A DNA stretch of 54,597 nt, counting the filler, from Sphacelaria rigidula (taxonomy: Eukaryota), in the NCBI GenBank assembly GCA_964200075.2. It is 5 parts of 5 records of this genome, joined end to end, with 100 filler letters (N's around TTAATTAATTAA, not from the genome) between each part and the next. Parts side by side here need not be neighbours in the genome. Positions count along the whole stretch, not along the records: positions 10,941 to 21,780 come from CAXNAA020005821.1; positions 21,881 to 32,719 come from CAXNAA020005822.1; 3 more parts are not named here. One strand, written 5' to 3'. Every line of letters begins with the position of its first letter. Within the stretch, counting starts at the first letter, position 1. Shown one piece after another: positions 13,211 through 24,429 of this stretch. Both the position numbers and the translations under genes were made by a program. The notes under the pieces are model-generated. The model saw only the letters and a list, made by a program, of their open reading frames with translations, had not been told where the DNA came from and made no database searches.

Positions 13211-13313
13211 GGGGAAGCCTTCATTGAGTCTTTCGGAAGTGCACGCGTGCGTGGACGAAATGTATACCGACGACTTCTCAGTTGAAGCAGGAAAAAAGAT
13301 TGCAGATGTGCAG
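13211..13313 (+). CDS. Exon of the same unidentified gene (GKPSLSLSEVHACVDEMYTDDFSVEAGKKIADVQ)
   Basis: CAG acceptor and CAG|GTGAGG donor. Phase 2 in, phase 0 out. Confidence 0.55.
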
Positions 13314-13488
13314 GTGAGGCCAGCACTCGCATATCTTTCTTTTCAAATACACATAGTTGGGCTATATTGTTATCTAAACCACCTCACGATAGGCGATGAT
13401 GCACGCAGTGATCCCAACATGCTACCACATCCGTCGCGGTACAGTAACGGCGAATCAGATGGCTCGTACAAGCGAACGAACAATGCAC

Positions 13489-16400
13489 AGTTGAGACATA
13501 TGGCCACAAGGCCTGTCTATACGATGCTTCGTGGCACGGAGTACGTTGCGCTAAGGTCAGGAGATTCTGAGGAAAAGGGAGGGTGCGCACTACTCAGACA
13601 GTGCCTACTAGCACAGCGCAGGGTTCGCTGTTGGAAGTACACAGGCATCGCCGTCTGTGTCGCAACATTTCAAACTGCTGCTTCAGTAGGAAGAGGGGTA
13701 AGTGCCGATTCGAATACACAAGTTTTCCACTAAGTTTGCCCGAGAGAACCCTATAGTGCTCTCCGTGAGCCCACTTTTCTCTGTCTTTGCTCATCCATCT
13801 TGTCGAGCTGAGCCCACGTTTTTATCCCTGCCAAGCCTTTTCCCTTGCCCACAAGCGGCTTCCTCTGATCAGCATCAACTACTTTATCTTTGGCACAGTG
13901 TGCCTGCTCGGTCAGTTTCACGAATGTCAACACCAGCCTTTGCAGCTGCCTGTGGAACTGTGATGAAGTATTTCAGAAAGTTGCTAGCCTGATCTCTCAG
14001 CATGGCGCGCGCATCGTGAACCTTCGTGGACCCGGAGCTGGAGCAACACCTTATAAGGATTCGACATGGAACAATTCAGCGGCCTGACGTAGATTTCTAT
14101 TATTTATTTCAGCGACGCTGCGCAGACTCGAGTTCGTGGTCATCTGTGGCCCCACACAGCTGGAGTTGGTGATTTCAGCGGCCCGATGCAGACTCGGGTT
14201 CGTAATTCAGCAGTCACTATGGAGATCATGGCGTTCAACAACGCCCAAGTAGAAATTGAAGAATACCCTGTGTTTGCTGATAGGAACAAGGACACCTTTG
14301 GTGGATACAAGAATAAGATTCGCGTCTGTCTTTCGTTCTACAGCAAGCCCGGCTGCGATGTTTTCCCATGCATGCTCCAGTCACCATGCTTCACCTATCC
14401 CTGGCACAGCGATCCTCGATGTTAGTGCGGAGCGGATGCGGCAACAGGCTGACCAACACCTCTGGCGCGTTTTTCTCCTCACCACATCCGGTGCCGCCAA
14501 CAAACGTTGTTGAGGGGTCGGACGACAAGTGATCAACAGGCCGGATGAGGGAGAGACAGGCAGCGTGGAAGGGCTTCGAACGAACAGCACAATATCCATA
14601 CAAGAAGTCTACGCAAGCGTGCCACGATAAGCTGGTCAACACTAACATGGAACGCGGTCAGGATCCTGATGATTTCTCCTTCGTAACGAATAACTGTCGA
14701 AACCTCCTCGAAAAAATGGAACATACAGTTGCACGATGGTTTGTACGAAAACATTACTCCCCAAGCCCTCCCCCTGCTGAGTACGAGAGGGGGCGAGTTG
14801 CCAGCTACGAGAAGCCAGACTTTGGGTTGGACGACATCCGACACATGGCACACAGCATGTGCGTCGACAACCTTTTACGCCCTTCCACCTTCGAACCGGT
14901 CGCAGGCCATGGTATCGAGATAAAAGCGATAGCGCGCAACAGCAGCGATGCGCGATGCCACCACTACAGCAACGCCGTCGGGCACATCACACAAGACTGC
15001 GCCGCCCCGAAGTCAAAGGTGTGCTGGAATGAGCAGAATCAGAGCTGACTCTCCACGAACTGACGGGAGAAAAACGAGCAAGGATAAGGTGGACTTGTAA
15101 GTAGCAGTGGTGCTCATGCCACAAATCAACTGCACAAAGCGATGCTGAGGGTCGCATTCAACACCGCAATAAGACCAGCAACGAAAGTATTCCTTGCGCT
15201 ACCCGGTCGTATTACCCTCCTCTTCTCAGTTAACGTAGAGCTCCGACGGAGAATGAGGCGATCTGGCCGTCCGGCCTCACGGATCAGCCAGTCGCCCCGT
15301 TCGGATACTCATTTTCCGAAAGCGAGAGTACGGATACCACAGAGCTTTTAGGAGCTTTCCAGGGCGTTACCGTTGAAGAGAAAGGCAGCTCACCATTCCT
15401 GACTTTAGGAGGGATAAGCCAAGGACTGAGGCTTTGAGAGCGCATAACCTCGGGTCTGGCGGCTATTACCCGTGGTACAGCGCTGGTAGCCACGATCCAC
15501 TTTACGCGACTGTTGTTCGACAGCTCCTTTTGGATGGAGTAGTCTCGGCGAGCACCAACGCATAGCCCGAAATATTCGGAGGGGTCACCAACACCGAGGA
15601 TGGATCAGCCCTCACGATGGGTCCAGCCACTAAGCCGTCGAACAGCAGGAGCAGTGGACCTGCTCTGGAGGATAGTGTCGCGTCGGGACACTACTTCGAC
15701 CGTGCCATCATTCCTAGGTTGCGAGACCACTCAAGAAACTACCAGGTGCTGAAGGTATCGCGAAAAATCGCGATCGGCGGGGAAGGGCACTTGTACGGCG
15801 TTACACAGGGGAGTACTACTGTGCGTGGTATTGTCATCGATGACAAAGGACGGTGGCGATTCATATATAACTCATGTTTGGTTTTGCCTGTGTCTGGCCT
15901 CCTCGGGGGCTGGTGATCCCTCCGAATGCTTGGGGTTATTCGCTGGTCTTCGCCGAGACTACTCAGGTTGAAAGAACTGCCAGAAAACAGTCACATGTAG
16001 GGAGTCGTGGGCACCAGAACCAGACCCGGGATCGTATCCGCAAGACCCGTGGTGATGAGCTCTTGAAGCCTCAGTTCGTGGGTTGTCCCTCTTTTCTGCA
16101 AGGAAGGGTGATCAATCTTCACGGGTGGCACCATGGAAAGCTCCGAACAGCTCTCTCACCTGTTTCGGCACAGCAAGCGGCACGCAACGGTAGTGTGTCC
16201 AACCCTGAGATGGAGAATCCCAGAGAGGAACTAAGCAGTTTCACCGTCCCACTAAAAGAGTGAGGGTGCGACCTCTGCTCTTTCCCGCTGGATATCATCG
16301 ACCGAAGTGAAGTCGGGCAGCTGGCGATGCAGGCTGCGGCTGACGCCACTTTGTAGCATCGGTGATTGGGACACGTCAACCAACGACAAAAGTGTGGATA

Positions 16401-18690
16401 CCCAGAAGAAGCAAGACAACAGCTGGGTATACTTCGACGGGGGTTGTAGCCGACTGCGATGTATGTGCCGTGGGGAAGAGCCATCAGCTAGTCTATCCAA
16501 AAATGGCCGATCACAAGGTCAACCACCCCTTTCAGCTAATCTAGGTAGATCTCATAGGGCCCATCCCATCGGACGCACTCGGGGGCTATAATAACACTAG
16601 CGAAATCTCCGACGAATACACCAAGTGAACATAACTTACCTACTGAAATCCACACTTGACGCTCTCAGCTCCTTTCAGTCGTTCGTGAAATCGATGATGA
16701 TTCCCAACGGCTTCCGCGCCGAGCGTTTGAGGGTCGCCAAGTTGGGCGATTACATCAGCAGCGGTTTCAAGGACGGACCACTGTCTTTGAACGGGAGTAT
16801 TGCTCGAGTTCGCCAGCACAAACGCACAGCAGCAAGATGGGATATCTTCGCGCGTTGGACGAACCCTTGCGGCTATGGCGCGTTCCACACTTGCCGACAT
16901 CGGACTGTTCGAATTCATCTGGGGAGAGTTGATGTTTACGGCGGCGTTTCTGAGCAACAGAGCGCCGCTATCCGCGATTAGCATGCAATCCCGATAAGGT
17001 GGTGAGCGGGACTGAGCCGGATCTGTGGTTTCTTCGAGGCTTTGACTCCAAGGTTTTATTGCTCACCAAGAGGTACACCGAAAATCTCGAGCTGGAGGCA
17101 GTCAGTCCATCCGCAGGTGAGTGTACTCTTGGAGCGAATGGGCGAGATCACGAGAAGGGAGACACGGCATGGAGAAGCTCCACCGCTACCGCAGGACGGA
17201 GCTTTACCCGGAGGAACATCGTCGAAGGGATCTTCGCAGAACGGCGTCCTCGAACCGCTGGAGCGGCCGGCGTTGCCCGTCGGGGCCTTCAAGAGAGCAC
17301 CGCTTTCTTGATAATCGACGCTCAAGCAGGGGGGGGCATTCGCGCCTTGGAGTTACGCCTGCGGTTACGGGTGCGGGGACTGCAGCGTGGTTTTCTGAAA
17401 GGCTGGGTGCAAGCAACTGTTGATGATCTGCTCGCCTCGCCGTGATCGCCAGCGGGAGTGTGCTGTCGGATACTGCGCACAAGACGGATAGAGGAGAGTC
17501 CGCTGTGGAGCACGCCTACGTAGCAACCGACGTTCAAATTTGTTCGGCGTGGGAGATGGTGAGAGTGATCCCAAACACCTTCAAGAGGCCATGGCCTTAC
17601 CAGTCAAGACGCAATGAAAGCCGGCCTCCGGAAAGACAGTCGCAACCCTAAAAATGAGGGCTACACCCCCTTACCGGAAAGTTCTGTTCCCGCCCGACAC
17701 AGGATCATCTACAGCAGATGGGTCTTCAACAGTAAGGCTGACATGTCGTGCAAGGCACGCATCGTTGTGGTGGGGTGGGGATAATTACCAGGCGTCGGCC
17801 GAGGTCGTGCATTCGCCTCTGTCTGCATGCTCTGACGTATTCGCATGGTGCTGGCGATAGGGGCAGAGTACAGTCTAAAGCGTTGGTAGCTTGACTATAA
17901 CACGGCGTTTGTGAACGTCGATGTCGTGGACCAAGCTTGCGTCAAGATGGCTCCCGGGTATGAGGGATTTACAAAAAACGGAGTACTAGTAATGAGACTC
18001 CGTTTTCTCTTCTGATATGATTAATATTTGAGCATAAAGGGTTTGCATACAGTTGAAGAAACATTCGCTTTCCGGAGAGATTTGCCGTTATGAGCATTTG
18101 GTAAACGATTTTGTTTTTTTTTGCTTGCTCTCTTTTCCCGCTTTCTCTGTTTTGGTACCGGTTTCTCTTCACATATTCCGGGAACTCGCGTTGAAGAGGA
18201 GAGGTAAGACATAAGGCCATAAGGCTTATATTTTCAATGCTTCGTGGCATGGAGTGCCTTGTGCTCAGGTTAGGAGACTCTGAGCAACGGGGAGGGTGTG
18301 TCCCATTTAGACAACGCCCACTAGCGTAGCGCAGGGTTTGTTGTTGGAAGTGTACACACATCGCCGTCTGTACCACCACATTTCAAACTGTCTGTTTCAG
18401 TAAAGTACGGAGCAGTGGCTACACAATTATTCTACTGAGTTTGTACGAGAGAACTGAGTTTGTACGAGAGAACTCCCTAGTGCTTTCCGTGAACCTACCT
18501 CTCCGTTTCTTGTTGCTTGTCCACCTTATTCACTTGAGTCCAACACTTCATCTCTGCCAAGCCTTTCTACTGCCCACAAGCGACTTCTCCCGATCATGAT
18601 CAACTGTCATACTCTCGTCAAATCGTACCTGGCCGGTCATTCTCACTACCCTCAACGCCAGCTTCTTCACGTGCCGTCGGGAGTATTATC
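13489..18690 (+). mobile_element. Degenerate Ty1/copia LTR retrotransposon
   Basis: Diverged direct repeats at ~13489-13960 and ~18203-18690 (shared GACATA.GGCCA, CACTAGC..AGCGCAGGGTT, ACATTTCAAACTG). Purine tract TTGAAGAGGAGAG before the 3' copy. Internal order is copia-type: gag-like (AAWKG..., GQDPDDF, decayed Zn knuckle C..GHITQDC, ~14420-15050), protease-like DSVASGHYFD (~15670), integrase-like CDVCAVGKSHQ..P (~16455) through FIWGELMFTAAFL.NR, then RT scraps (~17650-17990). Many stops and frameshifts. Confidence 0.88.
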
Positions 18691-18990
18691 GAATATTCGC
18701 AGTGTGGACGAACTCGCAGACTCATTGGACACTAGAAGTTTCGTTTTGTTGGAGGAGATGAGATCGCAAGTGTCTGATATCTCTACGGTTTACCCCCAAA
18801 CGAGGTGCTGGCTCGAGGTATTGCTTGACAACGTTTACTTCGCTCGTGGAGAGGGAGGCCACGGGCAAACCCTACGGAAGGATGGATGACTGCACCATCC
18901 CACAAGTTCGCGTCGTTTGATACACACACAACACACGATGAATGCTGTCCACACACCGTTGTTTGCTGCTGCACGCAACACTATACGCAG

Positions 18991-19065
18991 GAAAGCCTGT
19001 TGGGGCTAGCGTCGTTGCTGGATGAATGGGACATTCACTCGCTTACCCGCCTTCAGACCAAACAG
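18991..19065 (+). CDS. Exon of the unidentified gene (ESLLGLASLLDEWDIHSLTRLQTKQ)
   Basis: GCAG acceptor and CAG|GTGTGG donor, 75 nt, phase 0/0. Continues 13313 across the copia-containing intron. Confidence 0.55.
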
Positions 19066-19585
19066 GTGTGGGGGTCGTCCGAGCTGAGTATAAGCTGCTC
19101 TATCAGTTCCCGCTTATCAGGGTTGGCTTGACGATATATCCACTGTCGTTTTATACTCACCGAGCCGATGCTCTCTCGGAAATCCTTGTACAGAACCCCC
19201 CCCCCCCGCAGGATCGATAGAGGGGTTTCGCTCGCCGCCTCACGTGTTGTATATAGTTGACTGTAGTCGGCCCTCGTTCCCAGCTGTCCACGCGAAAACA
19301 TCGTGGGAGAAACAGCAGTCAGTCAGGTTTGATGTTAAGTACCGTAGCAATGTAGACGTTTGGTAATCACTTCGTTGCGGTGTTTCACCTCAGAACACTC
19401 TTCGACGTAGGGCATAGGTCGTGGATTTTTTACGTGGTTTGCTGCTGCAACTATCCGACTAGAGCTCTCCACTCGTGTTTAAAAGACTGAACTCATCGGA
19501 AGTAAGGTAACATTGTGGCTCACAACAGTATCACAGTTCGAACCAAGCGCATGCTGGCGATTTATTTTACTGATGCCTGTGCCAG

Positions 19586-19676
19586 GCTCTGGAGATCATT
19601 TATAAGCTGGAAGATCGACATCGCAGGACAGTTCACCGGCTGGATCAAGACCAAAAATACCAGGTGTTCAACAACG
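19586..19676 (+). CDS. Exon of the unidentified gene (ALEIIYKLEDRHRRTVHRLDQDQKYQ..); donor uncertain (19663 or 19676)
   Basis: CCAG acceptor after a T-rich tract, phase 0 in, protein-like composition. Further candidate exons lie at ~19813-19929 and from 20857. Confidence 0.45.
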
Positions 19677-21780
19677 GTTGCGTGAACACAAGAAAAACCA
19701 CCAAAATACGATGATAACTGATGGACACGAAAGTACCACTACCAAGACCCGCTAGTCGCTTCGGGTGAGCGCAACGGTTCCCATTTGCGCCCTTGACGTA
19801 GGCTTTTTGCAGACGTGCCCATCCGACACGGAAAACGCCTTACGCCCCCGAACCTCTCACGGCCATCGGTCACGTCGAACCCGTTGGTTGCGTCGTCTTC
19901 CGATAATTGCATCACAGTCATTAAGACCGGTGATCACGACCAATCACTCTGTCGTTTACAAGTACGTCCTTTGCAGCGATCCTGTGTGCACGAAGATATG
20001 GGCTCCGCGTTTCATTTTTGAGGCGCTTACCCTACCTATGAAGTCATGCTATGGTAGGGGTTGCACTTTTGGGCCCAAACCTTTCTCGTTCAGGGGCTCC
20101 TCAAGTTAGGAACTACACAAGAACATGGGCCGGGACATTCCCGTTTTCACGTTCATTCGGGGTATCACTACATCATTAGAATGGTAACCGTGACGCTTTG
20201 TCACATATTTCTCAGGTCATTTTTTGGATAAGATCCAGGGCTCCTTACAACTCAGACCCCAGAGAGTGTTCCTGCACCTCTACCGTGGAACCTCTTTATG
20301 ATACAGTACCTCGGAACCAAACTAGAAAAGGGAAAATGCCCCCGGTTGACCGCGCACGTCGTGGTAAGATGGCACGCGATAGGCATACAGCGTGAAAGGC
20401 ATTCGTTGTGCTGTCCCAAGCGGGGGTCTCAATACACTTTTACGTTTTGGTGGTTGAGGAACGCAGTTACGAAAAACGCAGCCAGAAAGTGAGACTACTA
20501 GAAGCCCCTTCGACACCCCCAACAGGGTATGAGTGTGTTGCAGTTGCGATTCGTGATGACAGCGAGGGAAATGCCGAAGATGTGTCAACTGAAGGAGTTC
20601 CTATGGAACTTTCCAACTCCGCACCTTTGGGTGTCAGCAATGCCCAGTTTCATCAGAAAACCTTTTCGGACCTCCCGCCCGAACCATTCGGGGGGTATAC
20701 AGAGAGAGCTTCACAGATTACAAGCAGAAAACGCATTGCGTTATGGTCTGTCTGAACAGTTGAAAATGCGTTTCAGAGCAGATGCCGTATGAGTTGCGAG
20801 GTTAGCCTCAACATCCTCGTGCTGACTAGCGGGGCCTGTCCGTTCACTGTCTGTAGGGCTCATGTCCAGGACACGCTCGAACGATGTCAATCGCTTACCC
20901 GCCATACGCACGCATGACGACCCGAATCGCCTTCAGCGTGAAGAGTTCATCACGGAAAGCGTGTTTCGATTGCTCGGGAGAACGCCGGAAGATATAGATG
21001 TTCACAGCACGGATGGCAGCGGATGCGATTCTGGAAACAGTCCTCACCTGTGGCAAGCTACGAACGCTGGGCTCGTGGAAAAGAAGGTGACATTGATGAT
21101 TTATGACCCGTACGCTACCACACTGATGGTTGCAAAACAAAGCGGACATGTATGATGTTCTTTGTCTCCCTGTGTGTTGAGTGTCATTTTATTGTTCGGC
21201 TATTCCGCCAGGCTCCCCAACCTTGTTGAATGCAACAGAGGATCGCCCCCTTTTTGGCAGCTTATGGGCGACTAGCAAGCATGTTCGCCTTGGCTCAGCA
21301 TAAACGTTCATTGCCGGGATCTTCACCCCTCAACGCACCGCCTGTGCATCAACGAAATCTACGTGTGGTCCGCATCTATGCTTGCACCACTTTCGCACAT
21401 GAGTTCCAAAGAGAATACGATCGCCTCCACATGTGAATCGGCATCTCAGACTAGGGGCACATCGTTCTGCTACATTGAAAAAAAAACCCCTCCATTACCG
21501 TGAACAATGTTTTCGTGAGACTGATGAGTCGAGGATACGACCGAGAGTAAGAAGCGGTCAATTAATGAATGAAATAGTTTCACTTCCGAGACTCCCCTCC
21601 GGGCCTTGTACGAGGCCCGATGCGCTTCTGCAGTAGCTTGCCACTGAAGCCTTTGATATCCTCGAGTAGGACATTGACGTGTAGCTGTTGTAAGCATACG
21701 GCAGTGGAGCAATGCTACGGTAGGGGTGCACTTTTTTCGCGAAATTTTGTCTGGTTCAGGGGCTCCTAACGATTCTGGAC

Positions 21781-21880
21781 NNNNNNNNNNNNNNNNNNNN
21801 NNNNNNNNNNNNNNNNNNNNNNNNTTAATTAATTAANNNNNNNNNNNNNNNNNNNNNNNNNNNNNNNNNNNNNNNNNNNN
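21781..21880. other. Artificial contig linker
   Basis: N44-TTAATTAATTAA-N44. Confidence 0.97.
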
Positions 21881-22824
21881 GACAAGCAGACAGCAAGTGG
21901 TATATTGCCGCCGCAGTGGATCATTGCGACGCTCGTGTATCAGTATATCACCATCTTAGTACTCGTTTAGCTGGTTGTGTCTTCTCGTGGCCGCGAGGGC
22001 TGGCGCCGATGCCAACGGCAGCAGCCGTCATGCTGACGGGTGCAAGCAGTACCCTGGCGGTGCAGTATATCCGCACTACTGTGCTGTGCGTTGCTCCTTT
22101 CATTGCAGCATGGGGTCTGGCCCAGGCGGTCGAGCGGTGTATGCTGGTGCTGATTGTGTGCCTTTACCCAGCCATGTTCGGCATCGCGCGAGTGATGGGT
22201 CCGAGTAACGTGAAGTTTTCAACGGAGTCAAGTGTGTAGACAGCACTGCGTCCCGACTGATACTATAGATTACAGACAGACGAACACAACGAAACAGCAC
22301 ATCCAGCAATCTCAGCGGAGACCAAAAAGTCTTCGTAAGCTTCAAACACACCACAGAACAGTGATAGCTGCAGCACATGAGAGCGGACGTGAGTGTGTTT
22401 GTGCTGCAGTACAGTGAAACAAGACATGTTTCATGTTTTAGTTCCTCGGCTGATTTTAAACGGGCCCTGTTGCAGGTTGAGGCCCTCAGTCTGTGCAGGT
22501 TGCCGATCTTGAACGCTCGGACATGAACGCGCTTCGCGCAAATAATTTAATTTACTACAAAATTATCCCCATGTATGGTTGCTGTGCCGTTAGTTGTGCA
22601 CGACCTGTATACTTGACTCCATCCATATGTAGCATATAGTTGGTTATAATCTCGGTACTCTACACAGTATTTGCGTAGAATTATGTATGACCCCAACACT
22701 CTATCCAAAATTGGATGAGCAATCTCCGCATAACCTGGGTATGCAGCACCATTGGATGTGGCCTCAATACTTACCCAAATTTTGAGTAATTTTGAGTCAT
22801 TTAGTCATTACTATATACATAGAC

Positions 22825-23145
22825 GGTCGCCCCGGTGGCTCAGTTCGTTACCTCGAAATCCTCTGACGGTTGTGTCGTGGGTCCGAATCTCGAAACGATG
22901 TGGGATTTTTTTCTTACACAATGCCCAACAGTGGAGAGCTAATGGTCGACGAGGGAAAGGGACTGCTGCACCCCTCTCGCAATAAACTATAAAAAGCACC
23001 GCAGAGGGAAGGTTAAGGTCTAAAACAAACAAGAAAGTAAAACTACGGTGTTGGCCTATCTCCTGTGTGACCTTGTCTGGTGCGCCCACATATACGGCAA
23101 GGTGTAGGTTGGCGTCCAGAAAGACGGGACGACAAGAAACAAACA
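22825..23145 (+). mobile_element. tRNA-derived SINE-like element, copy 1
   Basis: GGTCGCCCCGG head, A-box-like TGGCTCAGTTCG, B-box-like GGTCCGAATC, A/C-rich tail. Colinear with the copies at 26378 and 50755. Confidence 0.75.
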
Positions 23146-23314
23146 CTTTATCTCAATACAGGGATATCTGGGTATTATCTCAATACTTATTTGATTGATT
23201 GTCGTACTTCAACTGATCCCCTAGCAATCCAGCCGTGAGTCACCACAGATTCTATATACTGTACAATATACTCAATGGGAAGGTAATCTCAGCAATACCC
23301 GGCTATAGAGTATC

Positions 23315-24090
23315 ACTCTTGCGACGTTTGAGCCACTTTTTGACCACCAAACAGGAAAAATCGCCAACGTCTTGGACACTTTGCGTCACCCCACAGGAGC
23401 TTAGTCTGCTTTTCGGATTCGCTTGGCTCCGAGCGAGAATGGCCGCTGAGCAAAAAATCGTGTGCAAAAATCTGTGCTTGCCGACCCCCGCCAGTTTGTC
23501 CAATAATCTGTGGAGATCGCCGCAGAGTTTATTGCACACGAATTATTGTTCAGCGGCCGCTCTCGAAACCCTGGAGCCACGCGAATCTGAAAAGTGGGCT
23601 AGGTCCTCTCTATGGGGTGATGCAAAGTGTCCAAGGCTTGTGTTGGCGATTTTCCCTGTCTGGGAGACAAAAAGTGGCTCAAACGTCCCAAGAGTCAACA
23701 GTCCGTGGGCCAAAAATCTGTGTGCCATAGCACACGGCCTAAGGCCGTTTCTTCCGGTTCGTATTTTGTTCGGCTCGTATTTTCCATTTCTAAGACATTT
23801 GAGAAGGTTTTTGACCCCCGAACAGGGAAAATCGCCACCACACATCTTAGACACGTGGTGAAAATACCTGCACACTGTGCAATATATGTTTTCCTCGTAT
23901 CTTTGTCCAGAGGCCGCTCTCGAAATCTCTGACCCAAGCGAATCGGAAAAGTGGGCTAGGCTCCTCTCGGTGGGATGATACAAAGTGTCCAAGACGTATT
24001 GTGGCGATTTCTCCTGTTTGGGTGTCAAAAAACCTTCTCGAATGCCCTAAAAGTGGAAAATACAAGCCAAATAAAATACGAACCAGAAGA
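23315..24090. repeat. Two adjacent inverted-repeat pairs built from a ~140-150-bp module (MITE/foldback-like)
   Basis: 23315-23452 is the reverse complement of 23546-23696 (GACGTTTGAGCCACTTTTTG / CAAAAAGTGGCTCAAACGTC). Related arms at ~23740-23860 and ~23905-24090. Confidence 0.7.
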
Positions 24091-24429
24091 AACGCCCTGA
24101 GCATGAAGAAAAAGTCGTTGAATAGTATTTTCAGGTTCATCCGATCTTTACCAGCTTCCGGGGGACCTAGCGTGAAGACCTCCAAAAGCCGGTACAGAAT
24201 TACCCAAATAAAGCATTCGAATTTGACTCGCCCTGAGGTAGTCCAAGGAATATTTGTACAGATGTCCGTTGCGTAGCTCGAAAAGTTGACCTCAAACGGT
24301 CGATGCAAAAGCTCAAGCATACAAGGAAAACGCCCGTGGCATACTATGACCAAGTAATTTAGGATTCTGCGTACAATTATATACGTCAACGCACATACGA
24401 CCATTTTCTCACATCGTTCGTTCGAGTTT

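Noticed and set aside
9117-13313. Joining the DUF389 exons to the exons at 12566 onward
   Set aside because: Separated by an artificial linker, and the phases (0 versus 1) do not match.
21916-22239. Possible ftsZ N-terminal targeting exon
   Set aside because: No convincing start codon, bipartite signal or in-phase donor could be established.
22825-22900. tRNA gene
   Set aside because: A/B-box-like motifs are present, but I find no proper cloverleaf and the head is fused to a repeated ~250-bp body; it is a SINE head.
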